DNA of 64,000 nt from Callorhinchus milii (Eukaryota): positions 12,524,001 through 12,588,000 of the forward strand of contig NW_024704748.1 of NCBI RefSeq assembly GCF_018977255.1, written 5' to 3'. Below are positions 1-12,255 of this stretch, one piece after another (within the stretch, counting starts at the first letter, position 1; each line of letters begins with the position of its first letter). Under the pieces are notes generated by a model. That model saw nothing but the letters and a program-made list of their open reading frames with translations, did no database searches and was not told the origin of the DNA. Made by a program: the position numbers and the translations under genes.

Positions 1-2379
1 ACAGACAGACCTGATGAAGCGTTTAAGTGAAACTCTGAGTGACCCTCAATGAGATAACTTGTTTAGACCCAGGAGCTCAAAAACACAAGTAAAGTACTTC
101 AACTTTATAAAGTCAAGCAAAAGTCTGGGAGAGGGTAGAAGAAGATGTATTATTTGGAAAGAAAGTAAAAGTGTTCTTTTAAAGAATCCCAAAGTTGCTA
201 CACTTAACAGGAGAAATTTCTCATTCAAAATATTTAAAACTTATTCAAATATCTCACTTGCTTACTTCAGTGGTATAGGACTAATTATCATTGTAAAGGC
301 ATTCTTGAGCCTAATAGATTCGAATATTCTGCAAGGTATGTCTTGGCTTCATTAGACTGCATTAAATGCATATGAATGCAAATAGTTGTTATTGTTTTGG
401 ATTAAAATAAATTAAAATTAAAATTGTTTTGGTTGTGTCCTAGGTAGCGCTGTTCTGATTTTATCAGAACTACACTATATGGGGCACTCTGTATCCACTT
501 GGTCCAAAGGGACAACGATCAACGTGTGATGAACATCTGTTATTTCTGTACAGGAGATTCAGCACCATCTGGAGCCTTGAGTGGCTTTGTTAAAGTAGAT
601 GCAGTTTTCTCTCTAATCTGCCCCATTTAAGTGCACAGATTTAACCTTCTTACAGAAATGTAACCCCAAAGTAATGTTGTGCCAATGCTGCTCAGTTATC
701 ATTCTTCATGCCTGAGCCCAGCCAGTGAATGCCAGCTGCTCAAAACCCCTGACCCCGCTATCCACAGACACACACTTCCCAGCAGGAGCCACTGCATAGT
801 GATCAGGAGATTAATTCTGTTTCTCTTCCCTGGCATAACATCTTTGGCTGCAACCATGATACTCACTCAACCCAGCTTGGAGATAAAGCATAACGTCAAC
901 TTGGCCTATATGAGCCAGTAATCACATAACATAATTATTATCCCTATTGACCTGTCACGGGACTTGGGTATTTACTTTTAAATATGTATTCCATATTTCT
1001 AGATTCTTGTGCTCAGTAAGGTAGGAAGCCTGCCTTAGGCACTTTGATAGGCACAGAGTTGTTACACCCAGAAATCCGTGTGGTTTTTCCTGAATGCTTC
1101 CTAGAATTTCATAGATCATGATCATTGCAAGTCACATCTATGCAGCAGTGCTCCCAGTCCCTCACCACTTTTTTCCCTGTTCATTGTATTTATTATGTTC
1201 ATTTACCCGAAGGCTACACGCAGCCAAAAAGTGCAGGCAATTGCAGTTGCAATGCTGGTTCGTAAAATGAATGTGAATTCCATGATTTTGATGTTGGTTA
1301 TTCACATTGAAACTCTTTGTGCGCTGTGTGTTATCTTCGGAATGAATTAGCCATCAGGGGGCGCTGTAACCTTGTTATTGCACTGCAGAAAATAGCCTTC
1401 TCAAGGGCATGAGCCACATGCTAAAAAGATCTCATCATGTGTGCCATTTCAATGGGCTGGAATATAGGTATTTAGTGTTTTAATAGGGACTCGGTTTTAA
1501 GATTGAGAAACAAATGCTGACCCTCAAAATAATTATTAACTTGGTTCTGATTTGATGATAATGAAGTAGGCAATGATTTTTGAATCTTACATTTATGTGC
1601 TCAGAATTCATAATTTGATAATCGGATATTCGAGTGTGGGCAGCCCTGTGAGCACAAAAACAACTTGCATTTGTGTATTGCCTTAAAGCAGGGTAGCACC
1701 TTCGAACATTGGGACAGAATAGCATTTGCCTGTAAACGTAAAACATAGTCATTTTAGCACAGAAGGAGATCTTTTGGCTTATTATAGCCTTATTTTTATT
1801 AATCCCACTTTCTGGCTCTTTCCCCATATTTCTTTATATTCTTCCGGCCACAGGTGCTGATCCAGTTGTTGTCTGAATGATTCTATTGATTGAGCCTCTG
1901 ATACTATTTGCGGCATTTGAGACTGGATCAATAGGACAGATAATTTGGTGTTTTAATGGTTATGATGAAGAGGATTCCCACTCCCCTCCCTCCCAAATTA
2001 AACAATTTCAGGTGGATTTGGAATTGATCTTGCAAATTTTCTTCTTTCAATCCTGGTTTGAGGGTGGTGAACCAAGACTAATCCAGCCATCAGGGAATCA
2101 ACAAGATTCTGCTGAAGACTGTCGAAGATGCAACAATCTGAAGATTGCAAACCTCCAGTGTCTCATTGGCTCACAACCCCAGATTGGGTGCCAAGCCAGG
2201 ATTGTTCAGCACATTGGGTCGTCTTCCCAATGTGAAAGGCGCTACATAAATGTAAATATTGTATTGTAATTGTTGAACAACTTTTCTTGAACAGATTTCT
2301 GTTTTGCATTGAGGCAACAGTATATTTCCTTATTAGGTAGAAAAGGGGTTCACATCCATGATCCTTGCAAAGAATCTCC

Positions 2380-2560
2380 TGGGCATAGGAACAGGAGTAG
2401 GCCATTCAGCCCCTTGAGCCTATTCCGCCGTTGTATTAGATCATGCTCCTGTATATCCTTTTGTAATAAAAATCTAATCACATCAGCCTTGAAAATTCAA
2501 ATTGATCCAGCATCCACAGCCTTTTGGGGAAGAGAGGTCCAGATTTCCACAAATCCCCTT
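2380..2560 (-). mobile_element. CR1-like 3' fragment
   Basis: VEIWTSLPQKAVDAGS on the minus strand, matching 35970-36020; CR1-type tail at 2385-2420. Confidence 0.7.
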
Positions 2561-5500
2561 TGTTTGAAAAGAGGAAGGAGGAAGTACAGAGTAGCCAGGT
2601 ATAAAATCACAAGAGCTTTCGTCTCTCCTTCCTCTATATCCCAACTGCTGTTTCTGCACAGACGCTGGTAAGGCTCCAGTATCTCATTCAAATAACCAGA
2701 CAATGAGTATCAGTAGGAAAATTTAATTGTTGGAGAGAGTGGGACATAACCAGCAAACTCAATCTCATCCTCTCCCAACATGCCTCATCAAGTGCACTTA
2801 CGATAAGCAATAACCCAGAGTAATCAGGAAATCGCTTTATTTATTCCTGGATCAACGGAGTTTAATAATAATAATCCTTGCATTTGATATAGCGCTTTTC
2901 ACGTCTTCTGGACGTCTCAAAGTGCTTCACAGAATGTGCTGTAAAGTGAATTGACTGTGATTTGCAAAGAGAAAGGCAGTTTCAGGGAATGGGTTGCATT
3001 ATAGTTTGATATCAGTTTTTTTGCAGCCTGTAAACCATGTCCATCAGTGGAATGCCAACTTAATAATCTGTGTGCCCAGAATTTCTGATGATGCAAAATG
3101 CTCAAACAGGAGTAACTAAGCTTTATTGGACAAAATGGAGATGTGAATGTTTTAATATCATCAGAACTGAAACTCCCACTCTCAGGGTTCTCAGGAAAAC
3201 AGTGTCTGGAACAACAAAGCACCGGCAAGATTGTGCTTATCTTTATTGACATACGGAACCAAGTCTGATTCCTGTCACCTGCTTGTGATTGAGTCATTCT
3301 CCTGTATCTACCTGGATCTGTTGTTTGCACTCTTGCCTTTGTGTTTTAGATTCACGCTCCACATTGGGATATTTGCTAGCAGGCTGGTATGACACTCCAT
3401 CCTGGTACAAGGCCAGCCCTGCATTTATCATTGGTGCTGTCTTTTTGTTAAAGATTTAATTTGCAAAGAGAAGGGCACTTTGCCTTGTGCTGTGGCCAAG
3501 TCTTCCAAATTAGTGATTAGCCTTCAATTACTCAGTCATACACTTTACCATAAGATCAATTTGCTCTTGTGAAGCACCTTGATACATTTTGATGTCATGA
3601 TGAGATGCTATTCCAAGTGCAAGTGTTATTTATTAATTGGTCATAATTTTTTAGGGAACCTTGCTGCGCTCAATGTAGCTGCCATGTTTATCTATAAGAA
3701 TGGTCAATGTCCATTGACAATGATAACTTATGAGCTAATTTGACCTTAAAATGCACTATAAAAATACACGTTCTTCACTGATCACACTGGCTTCTAAGCA
3801 TAATGATCTAACTCTGGCTCATATTGAATAAATGGCTTGCAGAGTGACACAAATATGCAATCTAGTTTGCATGTGCTAATTGAACCAGCTGGTTTAATAT
3901 TTGCACAAAGAGGACTCAAATTAGGTGCAGTCGAATAGTATATATTTGCAGACAATGTATTGCACCTATTATAATTGCCCAGATTTGAGCCTGAACAACT
4001 TTATTTTCTCCCCCGTTCTCCTGCAGTGGGTTGACTCCTTTCTCCACTTGCTGTGTTAACAGTTTTGAAAGGCACAGGTCGCCATCCTATACCCTACCTT
4101 GGCAATGAGCTTTGACAGAATATTCAGGCACCACAGACGCCCATTCCAATCGGGGTTGTTTGATAGCCAGGAACCCTGGCTGCTTTTCTCCTCACTGACT
4201 GAGGAAGGTGGGGCATAATTATGAGCAAACTCTGAAAGAATGCACAGCTTTGAACACACTCCCAGTCATTGATTAAACTATTTTGGGGAAGGCGTGCCTT
4301 TCAAAGCTTCACTTTGCAATGCCTACAATTTTTGTGTTCCATTCCCAATGACGAGAATATTACCTAAATGTATGCTGCCACGTGTAAGTGCAGCTCTTGT
4401 TGTGATAGTGGGAATTGGAGCATTTTGCAACACTCTGACATGAGACCAGGATTGTAATAGTGTCACTTGACAGGAACTGATGTTTTATTGACTACAATAT
4501 AATTAACACTGCAAAAATACTAAAATATACTGAAGCCTCAGAATAAGTTTGTGGACCCAGTGAATAATAATAATCTTTGCATTTGATATTGTGCCCTAGT
4601 ACGTCATTGAGACGTCTCAAAGCGCTTCACAAAATACATACTGTAAAGCGGATTGACTATCTTGCGGGTGAAACGCAGCAGCCAATTGTGCTCAGCACAA
4701 ACGGTTGTGGAATGAGTGATCAAATTATTATAAATTACAAAGTCTAGTGAGGATATGACCTGTGCTATCACTGAAAAGCAAGTAAACTATAGTAATCTGC
4801 AAGATGCACTGCATATGTTTCCATACAAATACCTCCCAAGGGTGCAGCAGAGTGGTGACGGAAGAGCAGGTGGCAAAAATAGTCTAAATTTAAAGAGGGG
4901 AGTGACTTCAATGAAAAATGTTTATAAAATACCTGTTTATTGGGGAGGGTGAACGAGTTGACATTTAGCTGAATGTTTTGCCACAACAACAACAAATTAC
5001 ATTATATTGCACCTTTCACTTTGGGAGAACGTCCAAGGCACTGACACACATGAAAACCCCACTGCAGTACTACATTATTAAATCATTGTTCAATGATATT
5101 ATTTAGCACTTGCAATATTTCCAATAATTGTCTTGCATATGTCAAAGAAGCTCTCCAAATACTTGTGTTACAGAGGTTGAAAGTTAACTCAGCAGAACAC
5201 TTAACTGTATGAGGTTTAAGATCATCTGCTGGTGACTTGTACATTCCATTCAGTTCAGTAAGAGGCTTCCAAAGATTATTTTGTTGAACCTCTCCTGATG
5301 TGTAATGTGCTAATATTTATACAGTGGGTGTGGGATTCTGAGCTCAGAAGTGCTGGGAAATATTGATTTAAGCATTACTGCACTTGGGCAGAAGAAACCA
5401 AGGTTTATCCTGTTAGTCCAACATTACAGAGGGAAAGCCAGTCCAAACATCTATGTGACATTTCCTAAATGTGGAGCAACAACAAAAGTTAAGCGCACAT

Positions 5501-5938
5501 GTGTTCGATAGGGACAAGACCAGGTCTACACATCTTTATGATTGCACACAAATAACGTGCTGGCCACTGATTGTCAGCGAACATGGCTGTTTATTGAGCA
5601 ACTCACTTAAATTTTTTTTAATTTTCCATCTGCTTGATAGAGAAGCTTTAGAAAGTTGTAAAACAATCAAGAACGATTGGGCAGATTGGAACTTTGCTTT
5701 CCGACAATAAAATGATTGAGAAGAAAGCTGAAAGCGATGTTTAAGATTATGAAAGGATTCAATAAGGTGGACGTTAATAAGATGGTGAGTTCAAAAGAAG
5801 GAATATAAATTTGACTTAGCCAGTAGCAGATCTAAAGGAGAGTTGAGGTGGGACTTCTTTGCACAGAGTGGTAAGAATGTGGAAGCTGTGATTCACTGTA
5901 GAAGCTGTGGTTCAACCAAAGAAGGGTGAGAACTTACA

Positions 5939-6468
5939 ACAGAGCGGGCGGGTTGTTAGGGGGTTAGGAGGTCACAAAGATAGTGTGAGGCGAGACCATT
6001 GAGGGCTTCGTAGGTGAGGACCAGGATTTTGAACTGGACCCTCTGAAGGAGAGGGAGACAATGGAGACAGACAGTCTATCAGGACAGCAGTGGTCCTGGA
6101 GTTGAGGGTGGAGACAGAAAGATAGAGTTGGGTGTCATCCGCATACATGTGGAAATTGACCCCATGTCTGCAGACGATGTCACCAAGGGGGAGCATGTAG
6201 ATATTAAAGAGAGAGGGCCAAGGACAGAGCCCTGGGGGACGCCACACATGACAGTGCGTGGACTGGAGGAGAAACAGTTAGAGGGAATAAAGTGGAGATG
6301 GTGAGAAAGATAGGAATCCAACCAGGCAAGAGCAGGTCTGCAAAGATTAAGTAAGGAGGAGAGGCGGTGTATGAGGATGGAGTGGTCGACAGTGTTGAAG
6401 GCGGCAGAGAGGTCGAGAAGGACAAGGAGGCAGAGGGGAGCCCTGATCACAGATGTTCAGAATGTCAA
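5939..6468 (-). mobile_element. L2/CR1-clade LINE reverse transcriptase fragment
   Basis: [25 protein letters not shown] and [10 protein letters not shown] across frameshifts. Confidence 0.9.
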
Positions 6469-6980
6469 ACAACTGTTTGTGGATGTTGGAGGGATTATTA
6501 ATCCTGGAAAGCAATCTGCCAATCGCTTAACGACCGGGATCCTACTTACTGCTACGTAAACAGCCACGTGCAGTAAGGAAACTTGCCTAAGCTTTCGCTC
6601 CAAGGTGCGCGGCTAACCAATGCTCTCCGCGAATCTGTTTCACTTCCCGTTCCCAACCTTTAAGTGATTGAGCAGCTCTCCCTGATGTCAAAGCTCTTGC
6701 ACAATTGTTGTTATTGGTGGGAAAAGGGTGAGTCCTGGAAAGTATGACTTTGCAGTGGCATCACAAGTCTTATTTTCATTCACAAAGTCCATACCCACCT
6801 TTGAGTGTTTTGAGCTGCTGTATGGATATAGCCATCAGACAGACAGACAGACAGACAATCCCACGCTGAGGCTGCAAGTCCTGGACTATTTTCGGAGACG
6901 GTTTGGCTGTGATAAGCAGTGGCTGTGGCTCAGAGCCACACACATGACTCTCTCTGTTCGGAGTTTTCCTACTTTGGTGA

Positions 6981-7536
6981 GTTTGACGTTCGCGGTGGGC
7001 GGCGCCGCGTCCATTTCACATCAATTTCATTTGGTTTCAACCAGGACTTGCACCCAATTACTTACCCCCTCACCCACCCAGTCACCCTCCCACCCACTCA
7101 GTCACCCACCCAGTCACCCTCCCACCCACTCAGTCACCCACCCACCCAGTCACCCACCCACCCAGTCAGCCTCCCACCCACCCACTCAGTCACCCTCCCA
7201 CCCACCCAGTCACCCTCCCTCCCACCCAGTCACCCTCCCGCCCACCCACCCAGTCACCCTCCCACCCACCCACCCACCTCCCACCCACCCAGTCACCCTC
7301 CCGCCCACCCTCCCACCCACCCAGTCACCCTCCCGCCACCCACCCAGTCACCCTCCCACCCACCCACCCACCCACCCAGTCAGTCGGTCACCTTCAACTC
7401 ACTCCCCGAGGAGGCACTAAGGAAGGAAATTGCTCGTGTTTTCTCCCCCTCTCTCCCCCTTTATATAAATTATTGCGCCAGAAACAGAAACCAGGACTGA
7501 GACGATTGCGAGAGCAAGTGGGCAGCACAGGTAGGA
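6981..7536 (+). promoter_or_regulatory. Probable ANXA11 promoter and non-coding first exon
   Basis: CpG-rich patch with GGGCGG near 6997, TATATAAA at 7462-7469, then about 60 nt ending in CAG|GTAGGA donor at 7531. The ATG exon has its own acceptor, so an upstream exon is required. Confidence 0.5.
7068..7392. repeat. C/A-rich minisatellite, variable units like CAGTCACCCTCCCACCCACC
   Basis: Direct reading of recurring CAGTCACCC and (CCCA)n units. Confidence 0.9.
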
Positions 7537-7785
7537 GAGGGGAGTCGAGCTGTTCTCCTGTTATGTGTTTGTTTTTTCGGGGGGAGGGTTTGATTTGTGT
7601 CTCAAATGTCATCGGGGTTCGCTTTTCTCCCCCTTACTTTTTTTTTGGGGTGTGTGTGTGTGGGGGGTGGGGGGGGGTGGGGGGTGTTGGGCCCACACTC
7701 GAGAGAGAGTTTGGGTTTTTTCGGGGATCTTATTAACGTGGTTTAGGTTTTGCATCGCGATCGGGTGGAAAGAATTGCATTGAAA

Positions 7786-8508
7786 CAGCCTCAGCCTCAG
7801 CCCCTCAGCCTCAGCCCCTCAGCCTCTCAGCCCCTCAGCCTCTCAGCCCCTCAGCCCCTCAGCCCCTCAGCCCCTCAGCCTCTCAGCCCTCAGCCCTCAG
7901 CCCTCAGCCCCTCAGCCTCTCAGCCTCAGCCCCTCACCCTCTCAGCCCCTTCAGCCCCTCAGCCCCTCAGCCTCAGCCCCTCAGCCTCTCAGCCCTCAGC
8001 CCCTCAGCCTCAGCCCCTCAGCCCTCAGCCTCAGCCCTCAGCCTCTCAGCCTCAGCCCCTCAGCCTCTCAGCCCCTCAGCCCTCAGCCTCTCAGCCCCTC
8101 AGCCTCAGCCCCTCAGCCCCTCAGCCTCAGCCCCTCAGCCCCTCAGCCTTAGCCCCTCAGCCCCTCAGCCTCAGCCTCTCAGCCTCAGCGCCTCAGCCCC
8201 TCAGCCTCAGCCCCTTAGCCCCTCAGCCCCTCAGCCTCAGCGCCTCAGCCCCTCAGCCTCAGCGCCTCAGCCTCAGCGCCTCAGCCCCTCAGCCTCAGCC
8301 CCTCAGCCTCAGCCTCTCAGCCTCAGCGCCTCAGCCCCTCAGCCTCAGCCCCTCAGCCTTAGCCCCTCAGCCTCAGCGCCTCAGCCCCTCAGCCTCAGCT
8401 CAGCGCCTCAGCCCCTCAGCCTCACCTCAGCCCCTCAGCCTCAGCCCCTCAGCCCCTCAGCTCAGCCCCTCAGCCTCAGCCCCTCAGCCCCACCTCAGCC
8501 CCTCAGCC
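7786..8508. repeat. (CTCAGCC / CTCAGCCCC)n simple satellite, ~720 bp
   Basis: Continuous 6-8 nt units with a CTCAG core. Confidence 0.95.
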
Positions 8509-9060
8509 CAGTCCGGGGCTGCTTGTATCCCCGGGTTTGTGACAGTGTCTCTGTGGGAGAATGTAACCAACAGCGAAGTTACCAGAGCAGGAAATGGGCC
8601 GAATCTCGTCCCATGTTCGTGCCTCTCAGCCTCGTCTTCTGGTCGCCAGGGTTTTGGGGCTTTCGCGATCGGGTGGTTGGTGGGTCGGAATGTATTATTA
8701 TCTTTTATTAGAAGAGGAGGAAGGAGGAAGGAGGCAGCATTGTGTTGCAATGTCTTTATCTTTGCTTTTAGCCCTTTAAGGCTTTTTGGTGTTGAGATAA
8801 TCTTAAGAGCGCAGGAAAGACGTAGCTCCCTGTGTTGTGGGGGTGGGGGAGGGGGGGGGGGAGTGCTAGAGCTGCACTGTGCAATGTGCAATCCCTGACT
8901 TCCTCACTAGCTCGAGAAAAACAAATGCAGTCACCCACTTGTCTGTCTTACTTGGGTCTGTGGCTGTGGAGGTGTTAGTGCTCAGCTCAGAGCTGAAGGG
9001 CTGGGACACACCAGGCTGCAAAAACACCCTGTGTCTCCACACAGCAAAGGCTCTGCCCCT

Positions 9061-9543
9061 GTGAGAGCTGGCCGGACCCCCGTGAGAGCTGGCCGGACCC
9101 CCGTGAGAGCTGGCCGGACCCCCGTGAGAGCTGGCCGGACCCCCGTGAGAGCTGGCCGGACCCCCGTGAGAGCTGGCCGGACCCCCGTGAGAGCTGGCCG
9201 GACCCCCGTGAGAGCTGGCCGGACCCCCGTGAGAGCTGGCCGGACCCCCGTGAGAGCTGGCCGGACCCCCGTGAGAGCTGGCCGGACCCCCGTGAGAGCT
9301 GGCCGGACCCCCGTGAGAGCTGGCCGGACCCCCGTGAGAGCTGGCCGGGCCCCTGTGAGAGCTGGCCGGGCCCCCGTGAGAGCTGGCCGGACCCCCGTGA
9401 GAGCTGGCCGGACCCCCGTGAGAGCTGGCCGGACCCCGGTGAGAGCTGGCCGGGCCCCCGTGAGAGCTGGCCGGGCCCCCGTGAGAGCTGGCCGGACCCC
9501 TGTGAGAGCTGGCCGGACCCCTGTGAGAGTTGGCCGGACCCCT
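9061..9543. repeat. 21-bp minisatellite GTGAGAGCTGGCCGGACCCCC, 23 copies
   Basis: Exact 21-nt period from 9061 to the last unit at 9523, with few variants. Confidence 0.97.
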
Positions 9544-10864
9544 GCCCCGCTTTCTTTAGTTTTAACAAAAAAGGGTTTTCACAAGCAGACAGTGGTTTGC
9601 ATGTGCTGCATTCGCCCACAAAATACACAGTCAATCCACTTTACAATACACCGTGCATTCAGTGAAGCAAGCGCTTTGAGACGTCTCAACGACGTGATAA
9701 GACGCTATATCAAATGCAAGGATTATTATTGTACGCACAATATATTCTGGGTGTGTTGATGCTTGAGACGGACTGTGTACATTTTGTATGCCCCCTTCTA
9801 ATATTTTATCAATAATCCTAACCTGAGGGCTGTTAGTTAGCAATCCACAATTTGTTGCGTTACCATTGAATGTGCTGTACATTTTATGCATCCTGTTTAA
9901 TAAGTGCCAGTTAAGGACCTGGCAAGAATGGTTCTTGTGTGCCAAACCGGCTGGAACTAGTTCAAGGCCAAGTAGTAATCCAGTATTTCAATCGCTGCAC
10001 AGTTTTTTGCAACATGAGTTGCAAACTGTAACACATATTTGAATTTTTTTCCCCCAAAAAAACTAATTGTCGATCGCCAATTCGAGTGACGCTCTTTAAA
10101 GCATGTGCAAGTTCAAAGGATGTTGAGGGGGGGAAAAAAAGTCTTAAGCATCCTATTTTTGTTCTAACAGATTGTGTGTAAGAAAGTGAAGTGACTAAAT
10201 ATCCGGAAGGAAGTCCCTTCTCTCAGTCCTATTTCTTGTTTCACAGTTTATGCTCCAGTTTTCACAAAAGCATCATCATGGTCAAGGCATCCTAGCAAAT
10301 GTCCAGCTAAATAAGGCATCAGAATTTCAATCCATTTCAGGATTATTCCTGGTGGTTTCTGTTTTGCTCACCACACTGACGACACAAAACTGTTAAGGTG
10401 TCTTGTTACGCAGGAATGAAAAACAATGGTTTATCTGATTGAAACTCTTACGCCTGCCTCATGGGCCCACAGTGGCCCCTTACATTGAGCTTGTTGGTGA
10501 TATTCCCACGGTAGATATAGCATAGTAAGTTGATTACTAGAACCATGTGCAATTGTATAACCCATTAGCAGGCTGGTTTGATAACTCACTGCATTCATAG
10601 CTGTGAATGAGCTGTGCTACAGCAATGGAAACCTATATTGTATCCCACAGCCTGGTATCTGAAAATATTAGGTAAGGAGGTAAAACGATTTAAATATTAT
10701 TTTTTAAGTGCAAACCCTTATTAGCGTGGATTACAGATGTCACCGTGAAATGTTTTGTGTCACAATGCAGTCTCTTGTTGATTGTGACACCTTGGTGAAA
10801 ACAGGAAGCCTATTCATGGTGAACGGCCAATGAATATCCATACACTCCAAATCAATACAAGCTT

Positions 10865-11140
10865 ATTGCCCTTGTTGATGCGTCTTGTCCTTTGTGCCCT
10901 CCGTTCCACTATCAGCGACTGTGCTTTCAGCCACTACACCCGCATCTCTGGAACACTCCCCTACAATCCCTCCGCCTTGCCCCTTCCTTGCCCATCCTCC
11001 TCTTCGACCGTGTTTATTTTCACGCCCCCCCCCTTCAACCCACCATTGGCTCAGCATCAGGCTCTGCCACTGTGAAGTGCTCTGAGATGCTCCCCTGCAG
11101 GGTGATGTGTTTTATAAATGCAAGTTGTTTTTGTTGTTTT
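10865..11140 (+). mobile_element. L2-like 3' end remnant (duplicated at ~13195-13470)
   Basis: Similar to the 3' portion of the 53482-53929 element; ends ATAAATGCAAGTTGTT. Confidence 0.7.
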
Positions 11141-11971
11141 TCCTTGTTTATGAGTGCAGTATGGGGCTTTTTGTTTAGTTTGCTTCTTTGACTGCTTTGT
11201 AAAACTTGTTCACTGAGACAGATCCAGAAATATTGGTGACCTTTACACCAATAAAATGATGCACATTGGTACCACCCTGAATATCCCTATCTCTTTTTTA
11301 TTCTTTTTTTCCTTCCCATTGTTACTCATTGTTGTGGGTGTTATTTGTGTGCATAGCAATTGAACAAAGTGTGCGGTTGATATTGTAACTCTGTTGAAAA
11401 CATGAAACTACAGCTGTGCATATAAGAGTCAGACTCCCCAGGCAGGCATGAAGTCATTTACTACCAAAAACCTACCCCGCTTTCTTTGAGAAATAATGGA
11501 GGCGAGAAAAAATGCTCTTGCCGAGGGCACTGTGACATTGTATTTTCACTCTACTCGTGTCATTGTATTCAGCACGAGAAGTATAAACACATGTCCGCTC
11601 TGTCATACTCAAATCCAACATTTAATACACTGTTTTTCCTCGGCGAGGGGTAATTTTTATGCTAGAAAACTAGCACCATTCCAAGCAGTACTACATGACT
11701 AGACTTGCCTGGAGTAGATGAAAAAATATTGTTTGTAAAGGAGTATAAATTTGACTTTAGCAGGTCTAAAGGAGAGTTTAGGTGGGACTTCTTTGCACAG
11801 AGTGGTAAGAATGCGGAAGCTGTGATTCACTGTAGAAGCTCTGGTTCAACCAAAAAAGGGTGAGAACTTACAAAACCATCATGGGCTAGTTGGGCCAAAT
11901 GGCCTATTTCTGTGCAGTATAATTTTGTGTAATGGTTCAGAAACCTCCTGACTTTCCTGTAGTCATTTTGT

Positions 11972-12255
11972 GGAGAAGTCTGTAGCTTCGTGGTTAGACC
12001 ACTCGCCTTGCAAGCGAGAGACTTGGGATTGATTCCTGGTAGAGCGAAACCTTGGGCAAGCTTCGTTACTCCACACGTCTGATAATCCCTCAAGAAAAAA
12101 ATAATAAAATTGGTCACTTCAATCCATGACTGTTTGTAGGACACTGCTGTGTGCAATTGGATGCCGCGTTTTGCCCCCAAATATACAGTCAATTCACTTT
12201 AGAGTATATACTGTACGTGAAAAGCACTATATCAGATGCTAAGATTATTATTATT
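11972..12255 (+). mobile_element. tRNA-derived SINE with Deu-like core and (ATT)n L2-type tail
   Basis: A box TAGCTTCGTGG at 11983, anticodon arm CTCGC-CTTGCAA-GCGAG, degenerate B box GGATTGATTCC, core GCTGTGTGCAATTGG, tail ..GATTATTATTATT. Partial copies at ~2865-2960, 4563-4700, 9590-9730, 12458-12600, 32955-33035, 36320-36530, 44970-45076, 53085-53220 and 59115-59218. Confidence 0.82.

Noticed and set aside
11-47. Hammerhead-like CTGATGA..GAAAC at the window start
   Set aside because: Stem II is only 2 bp, the cleavage triplet reads GTG and no stem I partner is visible; at most a decayed relic.
3028-3089. Possible exon CKPCPSVECQLNNLCAQNF* after a TTTTTTGCAG acceptor
   Set aside because: Short, with no recognisable homology and no supporting upstream exons in the window.
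6728-7500. Pro/His/Thr-rich ORFs
   Set aside because: Products of the CCCA-rich minisatellite.
7750-8898. 382-aa Ser/Pro/Gln/Leu/Ala ORF
   Set aside because: Translation of the CTCAGCC satellite, which lacks stop codons in this frame; non-ATG start and no recognisable domain.
7786-9543. Resemblance of GGGCTGAG / GAGCTGG repeats to immunoglobulin switch regions
   Set aside because: No immunoglobulin segments nearby; motif similarity alone is weak evidence.
8987-9759. ORFs on both strands with PVRAGRT / GSGQLSR repeats, and a superficially CRISPR-like array
   Set aside because: A 21-bp tandem minisatellite with no unique spacers in a vertebrate genome; open frames follow from a unit length divisible by three.
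11972-12045. tRNA-Ala(TGC) gene
   Set aside because: The anticodon arm is present but the T-loop is degenerate, there is no proper acceptor stem, and it continues into a SINE body and tail.
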